A stretch of 64,000 nucleotides of DNA from Klebsiella phage Magnus. This document shows, in pieces, positions 54,964-63,974 of this stretch. Position 1 is the stretch's first letter. The number at the start of each line of letters is the position of its first letter. The stretch is taken from sequence record NC_049462.1, one strand, 5' to 3'. A model generated the notes under the pieces. That model was not told where the DNA came from and did no database searches. It saw only the letters and a program-made list of their open reading frames with translations. A program made the translations under genes and the position numbers.

Positions 54964-56304
54964 TTATAGATCGAGCAGAGTTTCCAACTCGTCTAGATCT
55001 TCGTTGTAAAGATCTATGTCCTGTTTCTTATTTAACTCGTCCCGTTGAATTTCCAGATTCTTGATCTGATTCAACAGGCGCTCGCGGGCGTCCAATGTAA
55101 TCGAGGATAGAGACATCTTGAACAAATCGTCAAGATCACCATCAAAGTCCGGGTAGTCTGTCTGAAATAGTGCTTTCAATTCAGTCAAACTACGACGCAT
55201 ATCTGTCACAACTGCCCAACCAATAAACAGAGCACGATTGTTCATTTTGTGGATACGGGAGTTGAGGTCAGCCAACATATATTGGCGACGATCTTCATAC
55301 CGTTCCAGCCGATAGTTGAAGAATGCATACAGCATATCTTTCCAACCATTGAAACGTTGGATAATACCGCATTCGTTCCAGGATGTCCAGGTCGGCATTT
55401 CAGCTGAGTACAGCCGGAACATCTGTTCAACTTTGGCGTCATCCAGTTTAGACAATTCACCACGTTTGAACACAACAGTGATATCCCAACCATCTTCTGT
55501 GGAATCGTTGGAATACTCCGTGAGAATCCCTGATTTATACAGCGGAAGAATAATCTTGGTTTCATAATCTTTGGCGAACCAGCCCACCGGGACTTCAGTT
55601 ATGCGCAGGGTAGTGGCATTGAGACGTTCGTACACACCGCGACAGTACACTCGACCTTCCTCAGTGTACCCTGTTTCCCCCTTGTAACCATTCCAATACG
55701 GTTTCAAGTCATTTGGGTCTTCGCCACGGAGAAGCGCTCTCAGGGCATCCAGGACAGACTTTATGCTATGGCATGGGGTTTTGGTAGCATAGCCGCTACC
55801 GATACCGTTCAGACCATTCACAAGGAACATTGGGATAACCGGGAGGAAAAACTTTGGTTCCAGCCTTTCCTCACCAAGATAATTGTATTCCAGAATGCCT
55901 TCATCTTCTTTCCGATATATCTTACGAATCACGCCGGATACTGCCACAGAAATATATCGCGGTGATGACGCTTCTTTACCCATGATTGATCCGAACTGAC
56001 CATCACGATCAAAATACGGGATATTGTTCGTCCCTGGGAAAGCCTGTGCCATATTGACGATAGTGTTGCTCATATTCTCACCACCAGATTTGTAATTGGT
56101 ACGGGCGGCGGAAAACATACCCAGGCGGTCAACAATCTCTTCTTTACCGTATTCCAACGCAGCAAACAAAATTTTTCGCTGGCTGGGCTTGAGGCTGTCA
56201 ATTAACAGAGGAATTTGGCGAACGCTGTTAACAACCGAAAATTCCTTATGATCGGTGTTAACAAATGATGTCACAGTAATGCTTTTGGCAACCATCTTAT
56301 TCAT
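54964..56304 (-). CDS. gp52: DNA topoisomerase II medium subunit gp52 (GyrA-like breakage-reunion domain)
   Basis: LKPSQRKILF, catalytic-Tyr region, FGS motif; start taken at MNKM (56304) just after gp39 stop (track ORF extends to 56379 by overlapping). Confidence 0.75.
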   Translation of the reverse strand: MNKMVAKSITVTSFVNTDHKEFSVVNSVRQIPLLIDSLKPSQRKILFAALEYGKEEIVDRLGMFSAARTNYKSGGENMSNTIVNMAQAFPGTNNIPYFDRDGQFGSIMGKEASSPRYISVAVSGVIRKIYRKEDEGILEYNYLGEERLEPKFFLPVIPMFLVNGLNGIGSGYATKTPCHSIKSVLDALRALLRGEDPNDLKPYWNGYKGETGYTEEGRVYCRGVYERLNATTLRITEVPVGWFAKDYETKIILPLYKSGILTEYSNDSTEDGWDITVVFKRGELSKLDDAKVEQMFRLYSAEMPTWTSWNECGIIQRFNGWKDMLYAFFNYRLERYEDRRQYMLADLNSRIHKMNNRALFIGWAVVTDMRRSLTELKALFQTDYPDFDGDLDDLFKMSLSSITLDARERLLNQIKNLEIQRDELNKKQDIDLYNEDLDELETLLDL

Positions 56305-58207
56305 CCTCTGTTTCAAACAAGCAAACGTCACTAAACCAGGTCTTGCGGTAATCCGACGCCTTATCACCGAACCCATCATTCAATGAATTCTTGTAGGCAT
56401 CATCCAGAACGACCGTCGTAGTATACGCATCCAGATTGTTTAGAATACGTTTGAAATCTTCGGTGCTGTTACCACCCAGACCTTTTAGATATTTCTTCTT
56501 TGTGATCTTTTTAGATTCTGGGGTCTTCATGAACTCTTCATATTCGGCGTTGTTCATGAATTCATGCATGGTGTTACCACACCACACGCGCATGTACGGG
56601 GAGCGCAGAAGTTTAAGACGCCCCTGGCGCACATATTCCGGCCAGAACGTACAGTACATGGTAATCAACAGGCCACGGATATGAATGCCGTCATCGTCCG
56701 CGTCCGTAGCGACAACCGTGCAAGGATAACGGCTGGTGTCAATAGGTTGCCCCGGTACTGCGCCGCCGTGGATAGTACACAGGTTCTTGAATTCTTCGTT
56801 GGCCATGACCTTGGCGCGCGAAGCGTTCAAACAGTTGATGAATTTACCGCGCAGAGGAAACAGACCGATTTTCTTGGTGTCACGGGCATTGAGGATAGGG
56901 TTAGACGCGCTATCACCCTCGGTCAACACCAGTACGCAGCCTGAACGATCACCACGGGCCGTCGCTGGATAATACTTTTCAATTTCACGATAATCCCGTT
57001 TAGTGATTTCCTTTTTGGCCTTTTCAAACTCAGCGTCATCCTGGTCATTACGCAGAGCCGCCAGTTCCTTACCCAACCCGATGGTAACATATTCCAGCGC
57101 CTTACGAATCAGGCGGTCAGACGGTTTGTATGTTGTCCCAAATTGGCTGACGGGAGTGGTCATGCGCTCTTTAGTCTGACTATCAAACCGGGGGTTATCG
57201 ATGTCAGCAGATATGAAAAGCATCATATGGTTCTTGATCATTGCTGGCTTCAATTCTGTCTTGAATTTTTTAGACAGCGGAGTACGAATCGCAGCAACGA
57301 TCTGGTCGGCAACATAGTCAACATGCGGGCCGCCGACGTGAGTAGCGATACTGTTGACATATGACGCATGCATGAACGTACCGTTCGAAGGCGCGATAGC
57401 AACAGACCAATCCCCTGATTCGTCTACAGATGAACCCTGGCAGAAGTAATCCACAAAATGACCAAAGCGATCAATCCGGATAGGCTTGCCATTGAGAACG
57501 ATCTTCAGACGAGGGTTACACGCCGCTACTTCAAATGCCCGGCGGTAGATCATCAGCAGATTATTGTTATCCAGACCTTTAATGCCCAGACGCTCATAAT
57601 CTGGGATCCAGGCGATGGTCGTACCCGGCGCGTTCAGGTTACTGATCGTCGGCTCTGAACGTTTGCTCATATTGTTCTCAAACGTCTGGAGATAAGACTT
57701 CTTGCCGTCGTTGGTAGACACCCGGAACCATTTTGAGAATACGTTTACGAGAGAAGCGCCTTCGCCGTTCTGGCCACCGGATTTCTTGTTGTTGTACTCT
57801 TCGTCGTCATCGTTGAAGTTACTACCAGCATACAGGGAGCCGAAGAGCATCTCCGGGAGCCATTCTTTGGTCTCACCGTGTTTTACCACAGGGATGCCGC
57901 CGTTGTCAGCAACGATGATCTGGCCGTTCATCGCCATTACCGTAACAGTGATCTCGTTGAGGCGTTTCCCCTCAGGAGTTTTGCTATGGTCAACACAGTT
58001 CGTGATAATCTCATCGAACTGTTTGATCAGCGCCGGGGAATAGGTAAAGTTGTCTTTGAATACAACCTGATCTTTTACCGGGTCATAAACCCAAACCGTC
58101 CCGGATGTTGAACGGATACTACCCAGATGGCGTTCTGGGCGAAGAAGGATATGCTCTACATGGGAGAGCTTCTTGTACTTTCTTTCAATGTTAACGTTAC
58201 TGGTCAT
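56297..58207 (-). CDS. gp39: DNA topoisomerase II large subunit, fused gp39+gp60 (GyrB-like ATPase + TOPRIM)
   Basis: GHKL ATPase motifs (LSHVEHILLRPERHLGS, ADNGGIPV), TOPRIM EGDSA; 636 aa consistent with non-split gp39/60 as in T4 relatives lacking the gene 60 bypass. Confidence 0.85.
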   Translation of the reverse strand: MTSNVNIERKYKKLSHVEHILLRPERHLGSIRSTSGTVWVYDPVKDQVVFKDNFTYSPALIKQFDEIITNCVDHSKTPEGKRLNEITVTVMAMNGQIIVADNGGIPVVKHGETKEWLPEMLFGSLYAGSNFNDDDEEYNNKKSGGQNGEGASLVNVFSKWFRVSTNDGKKSYLQTFENNMSKRSEPTISNLNAPGTTIAWIPDYERLGIKGLDNNNLLMIYRRAFEVAACNPRLKIVLNGKPIRIDRFGHFVDYFCQGSSVDESGDWSVAIAPSNGTFMHASYVNSIATHVGGPHVDYVADQIVAAIRTPLSKKFKTELKPAMIKNHMMLFISADIDNPRFDSQTKERMTTPVSQFGTTYKPSDRLIRKALEYVTIGLGKELAALRNDQDDAEFEKAKKEITKRDYREIEKYYPATARGDRSGCVLVLTEGDSASNPILNARDTKKIGLFPLRGKFINCLNASRAKVMANEEFKNLCTIHGGAVPGQPIDTSRYPCTVVATDADDDGIHIRGLLITMYCTFWPEYVRQGRLKLLRSPYMRVWCGNTMHEFMNNAEYEEFMKTPESKKITKKKYLKGLGGNSTEDFKRILNNLDAYTTTVVLDDAYKNSLNDGFGDKASDYRKTWFSDVCLFETEDE

Positions 58208-58255
58208 CTTCCTATCCCGTCAATGTAAACACACAAGATTATGTATGGGATTGGC

Positions 58256-58882
58256 TTATAGACCAAATTTGCCCCGCCACTTTTCGACTTTGTGATCAAA
58301 TGCGTGCTCAACTTTTATTCTAATCGATGACGGTTCTGCACAATGATAATACGTTCTTCCTTCATCAGTCCCATATTGAGGGGCGCAACCGTATGACAAT
58401 GCCAATTGAGCTGTGTATCTGATTAAAGTGCTCACCAGGAAGTTTAAATTATCGGTAGATCTTTGTGGCTGGTTTAGCAATCTGGTGATACGCCCTTTCA
58501 TATGATGGATCATAGCTAAATTCTTTTCTGGCCCTGTGGTGGTATCACAGAAAAGGTGGTCTTCAAGGGAATATTGGCGGAAATCAGAATATCCTTGCGC
58601 CGATGCCATTTGTGTAATAATTGAATCAATAATTTCATCTTTCGTCATATTACCATGGATTTGTGCATCTTTGTAATCGCAGACATACAAAAGATCAACT
58701 GCTGAGATAATCACGTCAGCTATTTCTCCATTGAGTGGTTCTGAAGCTGCGATGCCGTGGTAAACATCGGAAAGTTCACATACTTCTTCCACCAGTTTAC
58801 AGAAGACGAAAAATGGAGAACGATCTGGATTGACCGCAGTACATTCATATGACGTATTGACGATATTACGCAGAAATTTCAT
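58256..58882 (-). CDS. Second MazG-like NTP pyrophosphohydrolase
   Basis: LVEEVCELSDVYHG...EIADVIISAVDLLYVC typical MazG EExxE...ExxD helices. Confidence 0.55.
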   Translation of the reverse strand: MKFLRNIVNTSYECTAVNPDRSPFFVFCKLVEEVCELSDVYHGIAASEPLNGEIADVIISAVDLLYVCDYKDAQIHGNMTKDEIIDSIITQMASAQGYSDFRQYSLEDHLFCDTTTGPEKNLAMIHHMKGRITRLLNQPQRSTDNLNFLVSTLIRYTAQLALSYGCAPQYGTDEGRTYYHCAEPSSIRIKVEHAFDHKVEKWRGKFGL

Positions 58883-59364
58883 TTCAAATATCCTTCTAGG
58901 CGGAAGCGGTTGATATGCTGTATGATAAAGTCCATAGAGTTTTGAAAACTATATTTTCCCTGATGTTCATATGCATGTATCAGGGGAAGGCGGCTGTGGG
59001 CTAATTGGAAACGCAGCTTGGGCGGCATCGTAAGCAATTTTTGGCTTGTTGCTGCAATGATGTCACGTTTAAATTTGGGGTCATCAGGAGACAGAACGAC
59101 AATCTGCGACTTGGCCAGAGTCTGACCGAATTGTTTGGCATCATTTCCATAAAGGATACGCAGGTCATCGTGCCGATATTTGAGCCAATACCAGTAGCCT
59201 TCCATCGAGTTGAAAACACCATCGACAGTATCCATGGGATGGTATGCAAAATGAGACAGGAATCTCCCCAGCTCGGTGCGGCTCCGACTGTAAATGTTGT
59301 AATGTGTCTTGCCTTCATCATCCGGCGTCATACGATCTTTTGGAACATTGAGTAATAGGAACAT
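58879..59364 (-). CDS. NADAR (YbiA-like, DUF1768) domain protein
   Basis: HYNIYSRSRTELGRFLSHFAYHP...DGVFNSMEGYWYWLKY matches the YbiA core INFYS..YGDFSNFA...DG..W.TSEHYFQAQKF. Confidence 0.55.
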   Translation of the reverse strand: MFLLLNVPKDRMTPDDEGKTHYNIYSRSRTELGRFLSHFAYHPMDTVDGVFNSMEGYWYWLKYRHDDLRILYGNDAKQFGQTLAKSQIVVLSPDDPKFKRDIIAATSQKLLTMPPKLRFQLAHSRLPLIHAYEHQGKYSFQNSMDFIIQHINRFRLEGYLK

Positions 59365-59407
59365 GATATAGGATTCTCAAATCAATATATTGCTGTGTGT
59401 AGCAGAT

Positions 59408-59599
59408 TTATAATTTCCTGGATGCGATCAGGAAACTGACGACAGATACAGCACCAAACAGCCCAGATAATATAAATCTGACCAAAGGGAAGTCAGGGGC
59501 CGCAACAAGACTGACTGCGTTTTCCAGGCATATCATGAATGATATACCACAAATCATTCCCAGGGCGAACTGATTCGGTTTATGACGTAAACGTACCAT
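59408..59599 (-). CDS. Small membrane protein (2 TM)
   Basis: FALGMICGISFMICLENAVSLVAA and FILSGLFGAVSVVSFLIA. Confidence 0.4.
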   Translation of the reverse strand: MVRLRHKPNQFALGMICGISFMICLENAVSLVAAPDFPLVRFILSGLFGAVSVVSFLIASRKL

Positions 59600-59644
59600 T
59601 TCACACCTCCTCTGGTTGAATATAGGGGCTTTGGCCCCTATTAT

Positions 59645-60127
59645 TTAGCCGAGAAAGACAACTAGTTCAACAGTAAATAATCTTTCTATGTTGTGCGCTA
59701 TCATATTCCATGTTTCTTCTACTCTAGAGGTTCCAATCTCGTCTGTGATTATAAGAATTCTTATATTTCGATTGGATATGATATGATGTTTATTACTGAA
59801 ATCATATTTTGTTATGACGTTGTTTCTATCATCTATCGTTGGAAAGTCTTTGAACATACGTTGTTCTTTATCGTACAAAGCCAAAACTTCAATACCAGTT
59901 TTGGAATAAAAATCATTAGACACTATTTGTTTTAACGCGGCTGTATGCCCTGTTGCCCTCATCACTCTGTAGTATATCGCGTTATCACGAAGAAAATGAT
60001 AATGGCTGGTCTTTGATGTGGATGCCCTATGTTTAACAACTTCTAAAGAATCTATCAATAATTGCTTTATCAATTCAATATGTGGGGTGATCGCGATATT
60101 TACTTCACGTTTGACTAATGAATTCAT
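59645..60127 (-). CDS. Hypothetical protein
   Basis: Start at MNSLVKRE (60127) with GAGGA RBS 8 nt upstream; N-terminal extension in the track ORF unlikely. Confidence 0.4.
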   Translation of the reverse strand: MNSLVKREVNIAITPHIELIKQLLIDSLEVVKHRASTSKTSHYHFLRDNAIYYRVMRATGHTAALKQIVSNDFYSKTGIEVLALYDKEQRMFKDFPTIDDRNNVITKYDFSNKHHIISNRNIRILIITDEIGTSRVEETWNMIAHNIERLFTVELVVFLG

Positions 60128-60215
60128 TTGTGTATCCTCGGTTAAGTTCCGCTCATGGGGAACTGGTGGATTATACCCCGAGTAACACATAAAGAAAAAG
60201 AGGCCGAAGCCTCTT

Positions 60216-60437
60216 TTATTCATCATACTTGCCTGTCCTGAAATTCCATTTCTTGGCTTTGCTGAAGTCAATATCCTTGAAGATATTACCGAAGAGTTTC
60301 TTGAACTCTGATTCCTCTTCAAGATCCTTCGGTTTCTTCACGGGTTCCTTGACCATACCGCCTTCGGGTTTCCCCACATCGGCGGTCGTGGTGGCAGGAG
60401 GAGAAGAATCTTCAAGGAAATCCTTGAAGGTCTTCAT
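60216..60437 (-). CDS. Small lysine/glutamate-rich hypothetical protein
   Basis: 73-aa ORF immediately downstream of the Ig-domain gene. Confidence 0.35.
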   Translation of the reverse strand: MKTFKDFLEDSSPPATTTADVGKPEGGMVKEPVKKPKDLEEESEFKKLFGNIFKDIDFSKAKKWNFRTGKYDE

Positions 60438-60438
60438 A

Positions 60439-61260
60439 TTAGACTACAGCCATTTCACAACGGGTAGAAGTCACTGAATGACCATCGGCGTCAGAAACAA
60501 CACACCAATATTCGCCTTCGTCGGCAGCATCCACAGCAGTCACAACCAGGTTAGCGGTTGATGCAGTCGCGTTGGTGCCAGCGTCAATAACCGAACCTGC
60601 GCCACCCGGCACATCAGAGAAATACCACGCATAAGTGTACGGGGTAGTGCCGCCCGCAGCGACAACGCTAAATGTCGCGTCTTCACCGCTGGTGACGTCT
60701 TTAGTTGCCGTCAGATCGGTTGAAAGAGACAAAGCGCCCGCAACGGTGATGACGGTTGAATCGACATGGTTGCCTTCTACGGTGACGCCATAGACGGTAA
60801 CGGAACCGGACTGAAGCAGTTTGAATTTACCGCCGCCGATATGGACCGCTTTAGTCACGTCACCGGAATACCAGTTGACGCCTTTGTAGGTTGCATTCGC
60901 CGGGGCCACCGTCGCCAGAAGTTCAACCACCTGCCCAATTTCACCATTGGCGGTTGCCGGGGTGATAGTCAGGCCAGTAGTCAGGACTGCGCTGGGATCA
61001 TGAATTTCGTAAGATACCAGGAAGCCGACGGGCTTCGAAGGATCGATTTTGGTCACGCCGTCTGCTTCCAGATTAGATTTGGTCAGCAGTGCATCAAGAC
61101 CTTTACATTCGGTCAGAATTTCGTTCGGGTCTTGGTTCAGACTGGTTTTCTGCCAGCCCTTGGCAACCCCGGTAACAACATGACCACGTTCGGTCTCCGG
61201 TTTGTTGCGTACAACATACGGCGCGACTAATACATTGATTGTTGGCATGGTTTCCTCCAC
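60439..61260 (-). CDS. Ig-like domain protein (Big_2 + I-set-like domains); Hoc-like decoration protein or adhesin candidate
   Basis: Big_2 consensus LTITPATANGEIGQVVELLATVAPANATYKGVNWYSGD...; C-terminal Ig signature DEGEYWCVVSDADGHSVTS; GGAGG RBS. Confidence 0.55.
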   Translation of the reverse strand: MEETMPTINVLVAPYVVRNKPETERGHVVTGVAKGWQKTSLNQDPNEILTECKGLDALLTKSNLEADGVTKIDPSKPVGFLVSYEIHDPSAVLTTGLTITPATANGEIGQVVELLATVAPANATYKGVNWYSGDVTKAVHIGGGKFKLLQSGSVTVYGVTVEGNHVDSTVITVAGALSLSTDLTATKDVTSGEDATFSVVAAGGTTPYTYAWYFSDVPGGAGSVIDAGTNATASTANLVVTAVDAADEGEYWCVVSDADGHSVTSTRCEMAVV

Positions 61261-61619
61261 TCATCCAAATCGTTGTTCAGAGCCATCATCAGCTCGTTAT
61301 CTGGTTCATAAGAACCGGAACATAAATCATCTCTCCATACACCTAACGTCAACAACGCTGCTTTCAGACGAGGATGTTGGGACTTGTCAGTTTTCAACAC
61401 CAACATTCGGCATACTGCTTCAGTCTCAAACGTGTTGAAAAGTGTAATCAATTGATTGATAAGGACTCGGGGACTTTTCCCGGGGACAAATCGTTTCAAT
61501 GATTGATTAATTAGCGAAATTCGCTGAATGTCCACCATCAAATCATCTCTTGAGACACAAGGAGTAATATAATGTCTCAGAGCGTATTCCATTAAATTGC
61601 TTTCATCAACAATAGGCAT
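61227..61619 (-). CDS. Hypothetical protein
   Basis: 130-aa ORF overlapping the Ig-domain gene start. Confidence 0.35.
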   Translation of the reverse strand: MPIVDESNLMEYALRHYITPCVSRDDLMVDIQRISLINQSLKRFVPGKSPRVLINQLITLFNTFETEAVCRMLVLKTDKSQHPRLKAALLTLGVWRDDLCSGSYEPDNELMMALNNDLDEWRKPCQQSMY

Positions 61620-61650
61620 ATAGAATAAGTTCAGCTGTTGTACACTGAAC

Positions 61651-62061
61651 TTATTTAATCTGAAGTTTTTCGATCAATTTGGCGATCAGTTTGTCCCGGT
61701 CTGTTTCTACAATCCCCAGAGGCTCACCCAATACCGACAGATCATTGATATCCAGAAGATTGAGGGTTTCTACTGTAATATCAGTGCTGATGACCGTGCC
61801 CGGTTCTATCGGTCGGCCGAATTTGTCGCGACCATAACGTTTGAGGGTACTGGCAAGCCCGGTTAGCTCCTCCAGAAGCTCCTTATCGCCGTTTTTATGC
61901 TCGCACACCCAACCATAGTCGCCAGCATATACCGTGGCGCCGTCGCCAACGTTCGGGATGTTATCCAGGATGCGCTGCAGGTATGATGGGATTTTCTGTT
62001 CTTCTACTGCGGTGATTGGGTCAACAACAGCAGTATCTTTAACTTTCGGTGTCTTGGCCAT
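61651..62061 (-). CDS. Hypothetical protein
   Basis: Start at MAKTPKVKD (62061) with AGGAGA RBS. Confidence 0.4.
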   Translation of the reverse strand: MAKTPKVKDTAVVDPITAVEEQKIPSYLQRILDNIPNVGDGATVYAGDYGWVCEHKNGDKELLEELTGLASTLKRYGRDKFGRPIEPGTVISTDITVETLNLLDINDLSVLGEPLGIVETDRDKLIAKLIEKLQIK

Positions 62062-62335
62062 GTTCAGTTCTCCTATAGACTTTGATATATTTACCACAGC
62101 AATTGCATTGGTATTCATGCATACAACGCCCGTCGTCATTAAAGTCACATGCCCCACAACGACAGAATAATTTTACGAATTGGCTCCCTTCAATATTCCT
62201 GACCGGGAAATGTTTGTATGAATATTCTCGCATTTCACCGTCAAATTGAAAAGAATCAATTAAGAACTTTTCAGTCGTTCTATAAGGCCCAAATGTCTGG
62301 CGAGCATATTTGAAATAAACATCTCTGGTTTCCAT
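62039..62335 (-). CDS. Cys-rich small protein (zinc-binding?)
   Basis: CRCGACDF...C...CNCCGKY; GGAG RBS after terminator hairpin 62350-62372. Confidence 0.4.
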   Translation of the reverse strand: METRDVYFKYARQTFGPYRTTEKFLIDSFQFDGEMREYSYKHFPVRNIEGSQFVKLFCRCGACDFNDDGRCMHEYQCNCCGKYIKVYRRTEHGQDTES

Positions 62336-62349
62336 GAATTAACTCCAAC

Positions 62350-62372
62350 AAAAAGGGGCCGAAGCCCCTTAT
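62350..62372. terminator. Bidirectional terminator hairpin aaaggggcCGAAgccccttatttt
   Basis: GC stem flanked by A-run and T-run. Confidence 0.55.
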
Positions 62373-62387
62373 TTTACGCTGTCGTGA

Positions 62388-63974
62388 TTAACGATAAAGC
62401 CCTTCAACGTCAATGGATTTGTGTTGACGGTTATATTCAGTGGTGTAGTCGTCTAACACCAGATATTCACAGCAGCGAATTTTACTGGACTTGTAGTCAT
62501 CAGTAATCGACACGATGTCCTTCGGATTCAGCTTACAACGAACAACGCGCTGACCCAAGTGGCCGAAGCATTGCTTCAGATATGCCAGCGAGCAGACGTG
62601 CAGCCCATAGGAGCACAGGTCTTTGTTGTCATCGTTGACAAAGGAACGCGCCATGCGTACAATCGTTCCCGGAGTGTTGTCGATCGTACCAGAGTGCTTG
62701 TCCATGTAATTACCACGGACCGATTTGTACAGAATGATATCGCCGTCTTCGGCAATCTCGATATCCGAGTATGCCATAAACTCATAAATGCGACCAGACT
62801 GTACCAGGGACGAACTCGGGTTCTGGAACATCTTATCCAGGAAGTTCGTCAGGCGCTGCAGGTTATTGTAGTCGCCACGCAGCATCAGCGTCAGGATACG
62901 TTTGGCGACGCTCGTGCCAGTGATATCATGGCCGGACCAACGCACCCGATTTTCGCTAATATCTACCAGGCCGGAAGCGAATTTTCCAATCGCTTCGCGC
63001 GGCTTCATCAGAGTATATGCCAGCTTGATATCGCGAGATTTAATCGCTTCAACGATGCGGTCATAGGACTGATGGCTGGTCGTGATCGTTTCCGGTTTGC
63101 CATCGATTACGATAACAACGCTCTCCGGCAGGATCATGATCTGGTGTTCATTCAAGAACACGCTCAGTTCCTTATCGCCGAATTCGGCCTTGGTCTGTTT
63201 GTCGGCGATTTCCTGCGCTTCTTTCAATTTAACTTTGAAAGTCACCGAAGAAAGAGCGAGACGCAGGGTACGACCGAGGATGCTGTCGTAATAACCGACC
63301 CGGCGGCGGGCGTCCATGGAGCCGCGCATCGGATACGTGTCTTCGTCAGGTAAAATAACCGTGATCTCGGAAGACTCACCTTTGTAACCATCAACCAGAG
63401 CAGATGCCACTTCGGCCAGCGCAACGATTTTATCGCCGTCATTTTTAGAATTAAATTTGTCGGAAGACTCAGACGGTTTCAGCTGATCGCGCGGGATCAT
63501 AGCTGCTTTGATCCCAGCATAACTGCTGTCGTCTGTATAACGCAAACACAGGAATTGGCCGTGGTTCTCCATGAATTTGCCGACATACCACTCTTCGTCG
63601 TCTTTTTCATATACAGCCACGCCGCCTTCCAGGACTTCGAATTCTTCCGTGGCGTCCGATGCCTTGATCGGCGAAATGACGGTGATGTTGTTTGCTTTTT
63701 TGATGATACGGACCATCAGCGCACGGGCAATAGTCTTGGGACTAACCCCATAAGCATGCGCCAGGGCCGCATTGCTTTCCCCGGCCTGGCTCTGAGACTG
63801 GATCAGTTCGATCTGTTCGGTTGTCAGCGATTTCAGAGAAGCCGGGTCAACACCCAGCTCCTGGTCGGACACACGCTGTACCATTGAGCGAGGAACGCCC
63901 AATTCGTTAGCGATAGAATTCTGGCTTTTGCCATCCTTCAACATCCGCAAAATACTTTTTTCGGTAGCAGTCAT
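62388..63974 (-). CDS. Tandem helix-turn-helix DNA-binding protein with large C-terminal domain of unknown function (528 aa)
   Basis: Two HTH units: EKSILRMLKDGKSQNSIANELGVPRSMVQRV and QIELIQSQSQAGESNAALAHAYGVSPKTIARAL; rest unassigned. Confidence 0.5.
   Translation of the reverse strand: MTATEKSILRMLKDGKSQNSIANELGVPRSMVQRVSDQELGVDPASLKSLTTEQIELIQSQSQAGESNAALAHAYGVSPKTIARALMVRIIKKANNITVISPIKASDATEEFEVLEGGVAVYEKDDEEWYVGKFMENHGQFLCLRYTDDSSYAGIKAAMIPRDQLKPSESSDKFNSKNDGDKIVALAEVASALVDGYKGESSEITVILPDEDTYPMRGSMDARRRVGYYDSILGRTLRLALSSVTFKVKLKEAQEIADKQTKAEFGDKELSVFLNEHQIMILPESVVIVIDGKPETITTSHQSYDRIVEAIKSRDIKLAYTLMKPREAIGKFASGLVDISENRVRWSGHDITGTSVAKRILTLMLRGDYNNLQRLTNFLDKMFQNPSSSLVQSGRIYEFMAYSDIEIAEDGDIILYKSVRGNYMDKHSGTIDNTPGTIVRMARSFVNDDNKDLCSYGLHVCSLAYLKQCFGHLGQRVVRCKLNPKDIVSITDDYKSSKIRCCEYLVLDDYTTEYNRQHKSIDVEGLYR

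Noticed and set aside
62559-63353. 264-aa plus-strand ORF
   Set aside because: It is antisense to the tandem-HTH gene; Arg/His-rich shadow ORF.
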